Both the position numbers and the translations under genes were made by a program. A DNA stretch of 64,000 nucleotides from an uncultured bacterium. GTDB lineage: Bacteria > CSSED10-310 > CAZUFC01. Below are positions 56,819-64,000 of the stretch, piece after piece; within the stretch, counting starts at the first letter, position 1, and every line of letters starts with the position of its first letter. The notes beneath the pieces were generated by a model. The model saw nothing but the letters and a program-made list of their open reading frames with translations. It was not told where the DNA came from and made no database searches. The DNA lies in NCBI GenBank assembly GCA_964619725.1, contig CAZUFC010000004.1:1-64000 (forward strand). Direction: 5' to 3'.

Positions 56819-57994
56819 TTATTTAGCTAATATCGTCGTCAGTACGTTGTTTCCGAATCCTCCGAAATTGACGGCAAGTCCATACTTCGGATTCTTGACC
56901 TGTCTTCCTTTTTCAGCTTCGCCTCTCAACTGTTTTACAAGTTCGTGTATTTGAGAGACGCCGGTAGCGCCCACTGGATGTCCTTTTGCTTTTAAGCCGC
57001 CGGAAGCGTTGACGGGAATCTTGCCGTTAACTTCCAAATCGCCGCGTTCGATGGCGGCTTTGGCTTTGCCCTTCGCGAAAAAACCGACCTCTTCACTGAT
57101 GGCTGCTTCCAGAATAATAAAGGCGTCATGAAGTTCTGCCAGCGAGATGTCTTTTGGTCCTATTCCAGCCATTTTATATGCCTTTTCAGCAGCCGTCCGG
57201 ACGGCTTTTAAATCCAGAGGGTCTTTCCTGTTATGGACGCAATGAGTATCGGTTGCCTGTCCGATTCCTGCTACACGGATCGGTTTCTTTTTAAATCGGT
57301 CCGCTACGTCCATGCCGCACATGATGACTGATGCTGAGCCGTCGGAAACAGGACATATACCGTAAAGCCTTAACGGGTCCGCCATGATCGGATTGGCGGA
57401 TTCTTTATGCGGATTATTCAATATGCCGTCCAACGATGCTTGTTGCTCCACATGGCTGAAAGGATTAAGATCAGCGTTCCTGTGTGCTTTTTCTCCTAAT
57501 ATGGCTAAATGCTTCTCCTTCAGACCATATTTTTCCATGTACATTCTTGTGAACATCCCTGCGAATCCCGAAAGAGTTATGCCGTACGGATATTCAACTT
57601 CCGGATGAGTCAACGTGGAAATAAAATCAGTGCTTCGCCAGCCGGTCGTTTCGCGCATGCGTTCGCCGCCCGTAACCATCACGATGTCCGCCATGCCTGA
57701 CGCGATAGCCATGTATCCGCATTTGATCGCAGAAGCGCCCGATGCGGGACCATTCTCAACGGTTTCCGCCATAGCGGGTTCAAGAAATATCCGGCTCACC
57801 AGAGATGATGCGATGCCTGTCTGATGATTAAGAAACGCCGAGCCCATGTTTGCAACGAATACCTGATCGATTCCCTTGTCGATTCCTGCATCTTCCATTG
57901 CCTCCAACGAAGACCAGGCCAATATGTCCACAAGATCATAATCCAATCTGCCGAATTTTATATGACCGATTCCTACTATTCCAACTTCTCTCAT
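56819..57994 (-). CDS. SCP2-type thiolase-fold protein lacking the nucleophilic Cys
   Basis: CPVSDGSA, ELHDAF, VNASGGL..KGHPVGATG, NFGG; VENGPASG where VExACASG is expected. Confidence 0.9.
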   Translation of the reverse strand: MREVGIVGIGHIKFGRLDYDLVDILAWSSLEAMEDAGIDKGIDQVFVANMGSAFLNHQTGIASSLVSRIFLEPAMAETVENGPASGASAIKCGYMAIASGMADIVMVTGGERMRETTGWRSTDFISTLTHPEVEYPYGITLSGFAGMFTRMYMEKYGLKEKHLAILGEKAHRNADLNPFSHVEQQASLDGILNNPHKESANPIMADPLRLYGICPVSDGSASVIMCGMDVADRFKKKPIRVAGIGQATDTHCVHNRKDPLDLKAVRTAAEKAYKMAGIGPKDISLAELHDAFIILEAAISEEVGFFAKGKAKAAIERGDLEVNGKIPVNASGGLKAKGHPVGATGVSQIHELVKQLRGEAEKGRQVKNPKYGLAVNFGGFGNNVLTTILAK

Positions 57995-58665
57995 CGTTTA
58001 AACTCCGGAATTTGCGGATACTCATCAGGCGGAATGAGATTATCCGCGGTTTTAAGTAAATCAGCCGGAACCGGACGAGTCCCGGATAACAGTCTTGATC
58101 TGGCTTTATCGAACAGTTCTTTCGTCAGAACGTAAGAAGGCACGCCCCCCAGTTCATGCTGAAATTCCATACGAGGTTCAAGTTGATACTCTATCATCCA
58201 TCTTTTGAATCCGATAAAACTTTCCGCAACGATATATACTTCTTCCTGGTTGAGAAAATCCATGTGATATTCCATTTTGGCGGCAAACATCATCGCTCCG
58301 CAACGCAACCCTCTCCGTATCGTCATTGTGTGATAACTCATTCCCCGAGCCTCATCGATCATTCTCCCGTTTACTATGCTCGCAATAACTCCATCAATGG
58401 ACCCGACCAAACAATAAGGGTCCCTCACCCGATACAGCAACTGCCCTAAAAGCTCGCCGTACATCCTGGTTGCGACAATGTCATAAAAGTCCCTTCTTAC
58501 TTTCATTAAAGGACTGACTGTTTCCAATAAAGCGGGTATGTCTTCGCTTGTCGCTTGACGGATTACCAATTTTTCGCCGGATGCCAATGTAATGAATTTA
58601 GGCGGATACGGCGTCATCTTCCTTGACGGCGGTCTCAGTTTTAATTCTAAATCCTCAATAAACAT
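57991..58665 (-). CDS. GNAT-like hypothetical protein
   Basis: LVIRQATSEDIPALL and RRGLRCGA (acetyl-CoA-binding motif A-like); GGAGGT RBS before ATG 58665; 4-nt overlap with the thiolase. Confidence 0.65.
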   Translation of the reverse strand: MFIEDLELKLRPPSRKMTPYPPKFITLASGEKLVIRQATSEDIPALLETVSPLMKVRRDFYDIVATRMYGELLGQLLYRVRDPYCLVGSIDGVIASIVNGRMIDEARGMSYHTMTIRRGLRCGAMMFAAKMEYHMDFLNQEEVYIVAESFIGFKRWMIEYQLEPRMEFQHELGGVPSYVLTKELFDKARSRLLSGTRPVPADLLKTADNLIPPDEYPQIPEFKR

Positions 58666-58772
58666 GAATTGTAAACCTCCCTTCCATGAAGCCGTTAACA
58701 ATAGCATGCCGAAACTAACTACGCAAGGCATAAGCTCAAATATGCTAATATTTTTTCTCCCTCTTTTCAATC

Positions 58773-58801
58773 TTGACATACGAACACTTTGATACTATAC
58801 T
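58773..58801 (+). promoter_or_regulatory. Sigma70-type promoter of pckG
   Basis: TTGACA-17 nt-TATACT. Confidence 0.7.
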
Positions 58802-58909
58802 CCCGAATCTTGATGTGATTTCCGTAATTACTTACGAAATTACATTTTGTACCGTTTTAAGTTTTATCGTCCTCTGACTTTTCAGTTAAGAGACAACCGG
58901 AGGTAATAA

Positions 58910-60784
58910 ATGGAAAAAGAGATGGAGCTATTGAAGGAAAAGTGTGGAGAGAAAAATTACCGGAAATTGATGGAGATCGATAATCCTGATATTCATCAAT
59001 TTGTAGCTCGATGGACTGCTCATTGCAATCCAGATAAGGTTTTCGTTTGTACTGATTCATCGGAAGATTTACAGTTTGTCAGGCAGGCGGCGATCGACAG
59101 CGGAGAAGAGAAGGAATTGGCGACAAAAGGGCACACAATTCATTTTGATGGTTATTACGATCAAGCCAGAGATAAAGAGCACACCAAGTTTTTACTTCCA
59201 AAGGACGTGGATTTGGGTCCGAACATTCAGGCAATAGACAGAGATGAAGGATTAAAAGAGATTCACGGCATTATGAAAGACATCATGAAGGGCCATATGA
59301 TGTTCGTCCGTTTTTTTGCTCTGGGACCTACGAATTCTGAGTTTACTCAACCCAGTCTCCAGTTGACCGATTCGGCATACGTCGCCCATAGCCTGGATTT
59401 ACTTTATCGACAAGGTTACGAGGAATTCAGGAGACTGGGAAGAAAGGCGAGGTTCTTCAAAGTCGTTCACAGTCAGGGTGAGTTGGAAAATTATGTGAGC
59501 AAGAATATTGAGCAGAGACGCGTTTACATAGACTTGAAAGATGAATTAGTATACAGCGCCAACACTCAATATGGAGGAAACACGCTGGGGCTGAAAAAAC
59601 TCTCCATGCGTCTCGCCATCAATAGAGGGGCAAAAGAAGGTTGGCTGACGGAACATATGCTGCTCATGGGCATTCATGGGCCGAATCAACGGAAAACCTA
59701 TTTTACTGGAGCTTTTCCCTCCTTGTGCGGAAAAACCTCGACATCAATGATGGAAGGCGAAACAATCGTAGGCGACGACATTGCCTACCTACGTCGAATC
59801 GACGGGGAAATAAAAGGCGTTAACGTGGAATCGGGCATGTTCGGTATCATTATGGGCGTCAATGAAAAAGACGATCCTCTTATCTGGAAAGCCTTGCACG
59901 CGCCTAATGAAATCATCTTCTCGAACATATTGGTAACCAAAGATGGTGGAGTTTACTGGATCGATAAAGGAACGGAAATGCCTTCTGAAGGAATCAATCA
60001 TTCAGGAGCTTGGAAGCCGGGTAAGATAGACAAAGATGGAAATGAAATCCCGCCGTCTCACAGAAACGCCAGATTCACTTTGAAACTCGAATACCTGGAT
60101 AATTTAGACCCCACCCTGAACGATCCCGCGGGCGTGAAGGTCGGAGGAGCCATATACGGGGGACGAGATTCGGATACATGGATGCCCATCAGAGAAGCAT
60201 TCAACTGGCAACACGGCATCATCACCATCGCCGCCTCTCTCGAATCGGAAACCACCGCTGCGACTCTGGGAAAAGAAGGCGTCCGAAAATTCAATCCTAT
60301 GTCTAACCTTGACTTTCTATCCGTCCCTATCGGTAAATACATTCAGATGAACCTTGACTTTGTTGAGGGCGTGGAGAATCCGCCTTTGATCTTTGGGGTG
60401 AACTACTTCCTCAAAGATAAGAACGGAGATTTCCTCAATGCAAAAACAGACAAAGCTATCTGGTTGAAATGGGCGGAATTGAGAGCCCACCAGGATGTGG
60501 AAGCCATTGAAACGCCGATCGGATACATTCCGAAATACGAAGACCTGAAAAGACTCTTCAAAGACATACAGTCCAAAGAATACTCAAAAGATGATTATGA
60601 AAAGCAGTTTAAGCTGAGAATTCCTGAGAATCTGGCGAAAATTGACCGAATTTTGAACATTTACCAGAACAAAGTTAAAGATGCGCCGCAAGTCTTTTTC
60701 GAAGTCCTGAACAAGGAAAAAGAAAAACTGATAAAAGCAAGAGAGAAATACGGAGATTACGTGGTTCCGGATGCCTTTTTGTAA
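58910..60784 (+). CDS. pckG: Phosphoenolpyruvate carboxykinase (GTP)
   Basis: YGGNTLGLKK, EGWLTEHM, GAFPSLCGKT, VGDDIA, HRNARFT, YGGR, NPMS. Confidence 0.95.
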   Translation: MEKEMELLKEKCGEKNYRKLMEIDNPDIHQFVARWTAHCNPDKVFVCTDSSEDLQFVRQAAIDSGEEKELATKGHTIHFDGYYDQARDKEHTKFLLPKDVDLGPNIQAIDRDEGLKEIHGIMKDIMKGHMMFVRFFALGPTNSEFTQPSLQLTDSAYVAHSLDLLYRQGYEEFRRLGRKARFFKVVHSQGELENYVSKNIEQRRVYIDLKDELVYSANTQYGGNTLGLKKLSMRLAINRGAKEGWLTEHMLLMGIHGPNQRKTYFTGAFPSLCGKTSTSMMEGETIVGDDIAYLRRIDGEIKGVNVESGMFGIIMGVNEKDDPLIWKALHAPNEIIFSNILVTKDGGVYWIDKGTEMPSEGINHSGAWKPGKIDKDGNEIPPSHRNARFTLKLEYLDNLDPTLNDPAGVKVGGAIYGGRDSDTWMPIREAFNWQHGIITIAASLESETTAATLGKEGVRKFNPMSNLDFLSVPIGKYIQMNLDFVEGVENPPLIFGVNYFLKDKNGDFLNAKTDKAIWLKWAELRAHQDVEAIETPIGYIPKYEDLKRLFKDIQSKEYSKDDYEKQFKLRIPENLAKIDRILNIYQNKVKDAPQVFFEVLNKEKEKLIKAREKYGDYVVPDAFL

Positions 60785-60811
60785 TTTAGACGAAAATTGA
60801 TTCATAAATTG

Positions 60812-60971
60812 ATACGGCGCTTGTCGGTTTGATTGATTCTATTTGGCCGCTTTCCGCAAGTTCGAGTACCGCTTAAAATTTTACTGCTGTAAAGAAACTA
60901 TCAGGTCATCGCCCCATTCTCTGTAATCCCTTCATTATCCTCAAGAATCTTTCACACCGAAGGCGCCGTAT
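60812..60971. other. Long-range imperfect inverted repeat enclosing about 100 nt (structured RNA or MITE-like remnant)
   Basis: atacggcgcttgtcggtttgattgattct (60812-60840) pairs with agaatctttcacaccgaaggcgccgtat (60944-60971). Confidence 0.5.
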
Positions 60972-61064
60972 TTCTTTCTGCCTTAATCAGGATGTCTGTT
61001 GGCGTTCAATCATTATCAGGCCCTGGCTTCCATCGCCGGAACATAATGGTGATTGCTGTTTTTG

Positions 61065-61092
61065 TTGCAATATCGCAATCCTGAGGTATAAT
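61065..61092 (+). promoter_or_regulatory. Sigma70-type promoter candidate for the oxidative-stress cluster
   Basis: TTGCAA-16 nt-TATAAT. Confidence 0.55.
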
Positions 61093-61136
61093 CGACCAAC
61101 GTTCCATCTCATGCACTTCAAAAAGGAGGATAAGGA

Positions 61137-61523
61137 ATGAAAGAATTATTTCAAACAGCTGACTGGAAATCGGAAAAACACGCGCCTGTCATTACGGTAC
61201 GCGAATCCGCTGAAAAAGGGGAAATCCTGGATATAGAATTAAGCGTCGGCAAAGAGATACCGCATCCCAATACCACTGAACATCACATTTCGTGGATCGA
61301 ACTTTATTTCCATCCCGAAGGTGAGAAATTCCCTTATGCCCTGGGCAAATTTGAGTTTTCATGTCACGGCGCTTCAGTCCAGGGGCCTGACTCGAGTACT
61401 GTATATACTCATCCCAAAGTCGTTTGCTCTATGAAAACGGAAAAGTCCGGAAGCATCCACGCAATGGCTTATTGCAACATCCATGGGCTGTGGAGCAGTG
61501 TTGCGGAATTGAAGGTTAAATAA
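61137..61523 (+). CDS. sor: Class II (1Fe) superoxide reductase / neelaredoxin
   Basis: EKHAP, HPNTTEHHI.WI, YCNIHGLW; no desulforedoxin domain. Confidence 0.93.
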   Translation: MKELFQTADWKSEKHAPVITVRESAEKGEILDIELSVGKEIPHPNTTEHHISWIELYFHPEGEKFPYALGKFEFSCHGASVQGPDSSTVYTHPKVVCSMKTEKSGSIHAMAYCNIHGLWSSVAELKVK

Positions 61524-61630
61524 ATTACGTCGTCGAACTCCTGTGAATTCGATAAAGCCGTTCGAACAAACGGTTTCAACGAATTGAACGATTCAGGAGG
61601 AAATGTAGAGTTCATTTTTAAAGGAGGAAA

Positions 61631-62149
61631 TTGATCGTGCTTAAAGAAAATATGGAAAAAGCATTGAATGAACAGATTAACGCTGAATTGTTTTCAGCGT
61701 ACCTTTATCTTTCGATGTCAGCTTATTTTGAATCAATTGATCTGGCGGGATTCGGAAACTGGATGAAACTTCAGGCTCAGGAAGAAGCGGAACATGCTAT
61801 GAAAATATACGATTTCGTCAATCAAAGAGGTGGCCGAGTCATCCTTACGGCGATAGAAGCCCCACAGAGTGAATGGAAGTCCCCTTTGGACGCTTTCGAG
61901 GATGTATACAGTCACGAGCAGAAAGTGACGAAAATGATTCACGATCTCGTAGATTTGGCGCTGCAAGAGAAAGATCACGCCTCCAATAATTTTTTACAAT
62001 GGTTCGTATCAGAACAGGTTGAAGAAGAAGACTCAGCTCAGACAGTCCTTCAGAAGCTCAAACTCATCGGAGATAAAGGGCATGGTCTTTTTATGATCGA
62101 CAGAGAATTGGGAAACAGGAAGGCAGAGTCTGGCTCTGAAGAGGAATAG
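61631..62149 (+). CDS. ftnA: Non-heme ferritin
   Basis: [43 protein letters not shown]. Confidence 0.95.
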   Translation: MIVLKENMEKALNEQINAELFSAYLYLSMSAYFESIDLAGFGNWMKLQAQEEAEHAMKIYDFVNQRGGRVILTAIEAPQSEWKSPLDAFEDVYSHEQKVTKMIHDLVDLALQEKDHASNNFLQWFVSEQVEEEDSAQTVLQKLKLIGDKGHGLFMIDRELGNRKAESGSEEE

Positions 62150-62318
62150 GTATTCCGGATTTTTAGCTGACGGTTTTCTTTTATAGTTCGGAATCGCATG
62201 AGTTCCGAATTTCTGTAAGTTTAGTGAATCGACGTGTGAATTATTGTATCAGTTAAGAGGGAACGAAGGATATGTTTGTTTTGGATGACGTCTCAATTGC
62301 TGAAAAGGAGTTTTTATA

Positions 62319-62783
62319 ATGAAAGAATTCAATTCGACCGAAGAAATTTTGGATTTTGCGGTACAGGAGGAAGAAAAAGCGTTTCAGTTTTACAAGAGTC
62401 TGGCTGAGAAAACTGAAAAACCCTGGATGAGGGAAGTTTTTATGGAATTTGCTCGTGAAGAGGCGTCTCACAAAGAAAAATTGCTCCAGGTTAAAGAAGG
62501 GAAGCAGGTACTGGTTGATGTTAAGGGAAAAGTAATGGATTTAAAAATAGCCGATTATCTTGTAGAAATGGAACCGAACCCGGAAATGGATTACCAGCAA
62601 GCCTTAGTCGTTGCCATGAAAAAAGAAAAAGCTGCATTTAAATTGTATTCGGACCTGGCGGGAAGAATAGATGATCCGGAACTCAAGTCAGTTTTCCTGT
62701 CATTGGCTCAGGAAGAGGCAAAACATAAATTGAAATTTGAAATTGAATATGATGATAATTTCCTTACAGAAAAAAAATGGTAG
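62319..62783 (+). CDS. Rubrerythrin-like ferritin-family di-iron protein
   Basis: Two E..A..FY/LY...LA.EE..H repeats (EEASH, EEAKH). Confidence 0.9.
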   Translation: MKEFNSTEEILDFAVQEEEKAFQFYKSLAEKTEKPWMREVFMEFAREEASHKEKLLQVKEGKQVLVDVKGKVMDLKIADYLVEMEPNPEMDYQQALVVAMKKEKAAFKLYSDLAGRIDDPELKSVFLSLAQEEAKHKLKFEIEYDDNFLTEKKW

Positions 62784-62876
62784 GCCTGAGCAGAGCCTTT
62801 CGCGGGATACCATTGATCATGATATCGGAACTTAAATTAAATCGTTCCACATCATTTATTGCAAAGGAGCTCCATC

Positions 62877-63365
62877 ATGGTCGAAGATAAAAAAGCGGAG
62901 ACGGGTGATAAGGCCCCTGATTTCGTATTGCAAAACGCGGAAGAACAGGAAATACGCTTGAGCGATTTGGTCGGAAAATGGATTACGCTTTATTTTTATC
63001 CTAAAGACAATACGAGCGGGTGCACGTTGGAAGCCGTAAATTTTACCAATGCTTTGGATGAATTTAAGAAACTTGGCGGCATAATCATCGGCATCAGTCC
63101 GGATTCCTGTCAGAGTCACAGGAATTTTAAAGCGAAACATGACTTAAAAGTCGTGCTGTTGAGCGATCCTGATAAATCCATAATAAAGCGTTATGGGGTT
63201 TGGGCATTGAAGAAAATGTACGGTAAAGAATATTACGGCGTCGAAAGAAGCACCTTTCTTATTGATCCCGACGGAAAAATAGCTCATGCCTGGCGAAAAG
63301 TAAAAGTTAAAGGGCATGTGGAAGAAGTGAAAGAAAAATTAAGGGAGTTGGTCGGCAAGGCTTAA
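62877..63365 (+). CDS. bcp: Bacterioferritin comigratory protein (peroxiredoxin Q)
   Basis: LYFYPKDNTSGCTLEA, GISPD, LLSD, ERSTFLID; AAGGAG RBS before ATG 62877. Confidence 0.93.
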   Translation: MVEDKKAETGDKAPDFVLQNAEEQEIRLSDLVGKWITLYFYPKDNTSGCTLEAVNFTNALDEFKKLGGIIIGISPDSCQSHRNFKAKHDLKVVLLSDPDKSIIKRYGVWALKKMYGKEYYGVERSTFLIDPDGKIAHAWRKVKVKGHVEEVKEKLRELVGKA

Positions 63366-63543
63366 TCCTGTGGATGAAATTTCGGTGAGATGAAAATACC
63401 CAGCTTTTATGGAATCGATTGCAAAGATCACGCAACCACGGATGGCAAGGATTTTTACTGGCAGAGAAGAAGCGATTCGCAAAAATTGCAGCTCTCGTTT
63501 GATCATTACCGAAATTACTTACTTTTAAAATGAAGGATGCAAT

Positions 63544-64000
63544 ATGGAGTTGATGGAAGCGATAGAGAAAAGAAGGGCTTATCGGGCGCTGGAGAAAACC
63601 CGGATCAACGAAAACATGATAAGGCAATTGGTTCAAACTGCACAATTAGCGCCCTCTTGTTATAATCATCAACCCTGGCGTTTTGTTTTCATTCATAGCG
63701 AAAAACAAATGACAGCAATGAAATACGCCTTGTCAAAAGGAAATCGTTGGGCTTACAGAGCATCTGGGTTCGCCGTCGTATTCAGCCGAAAAGATTTCGA
63801 CTGCGTAATTAAAAAACGTGAATATTTCCTGTTCGATTCCGGCATGGCCACGGCCTTTCTTATCCTCAAGGCTGTTGAATTGGGACTGGTCGCTCATCCC
63901 ATTGCCGGATACGACGAAGAAAAAGTTAAAGAGATACTTAATATTCCAAAGGATATGAGAGTTATTACGGTTATTGTGCTTGGAAAACATTCCGCAAAGT
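63544..64000 (+). CDS. Nitroreductase family protein (truncated by window end; absent from ORF track)
   Basis: Manual translation MELMEAIEKRRAYR...AQLAPSCYNHQPWRFVF...DSGMATAFLILKAVELGLVAHPIAGYDEEKVKEILNIP. Confidence 0.9.
   Translation, partial: MELMEAIEKRRAYRALEKTRINENMIRQLVQTAQLAPSCYNHQPWRFVFIHSEKQMTAMKYALSKGNRWAYRASGFAVVFSRKDFDCVIKKREYFLFDSGMATAFLILKAVELGLVAHPIAGYDEEKVKEILNIPKDMRVITVIVLGKHSAK

Noticed and set aside
58690-58720. Sigma54 promoter for the thiolase operon (cggcatgctattgtt on the minus strand)
   Set aside because: GG-N10-GC spacing is not satisfied
60812-60971. Firm call as 6S RNA
   Set aside because: The closing stem fits, but the inner stem and central bubble could not be confirmed by eye; kept only as an unassigned structure

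Overview
Gene-dense, moderately AT-rich bacterial chromosome segment with about 50 CDS. I recognised no rRNA, tRNA, CRISPR array or transposase. Superoxide reductase, a rubrerythrin-like protein and several cobalamin radical-SAM enzymes suggest an anaerobe; lipoproteins and a GspC-like protein suggest a diderm envelope. Blocks in order: (1) 1-10 kb: REP-like repeats, a membrane-anchored sulfatase-superfamily protein, an operon of unknown Cys/His-motif protein, MoxR, DUF58 and DUF4129-like protein, and a secreted protein with 7 FG-GAP repeats. (2) 10-13 kb: orphan GAF histidine kinase, pssA, DUF465. (3) 13-52.7 kb: a large cell-surface modification region with six GT-C-type membrane glycosyltransferases (including apparent TMTC-like and TMEM260/DUF2723-like proteins), a small secreted beta-protein with strong expression signals, a type IV pilin, a Pro/Thr-linker protein with an IPTL-CTERM-like tail, wecE, and a 16-kb run with four B12-radical SAM enzymes plus tailoring enzymes. 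(4) 52.7-61 kb: split RdgC-like pair, speA, a GNAT-like/thiolase-fold/DUF35 trio whose thiolase lacks the nucleophilic Cys, and GTP-PEPCK. (5) 61-64 kb: oxidative-stress/iron cluster. The best candidates for undescribed systems are the putative surface-protein glycosylation and radical-tailoring locus and the Cys-less thiolase complex. All family calls come from recognising motifs by eye; no database searches were run.
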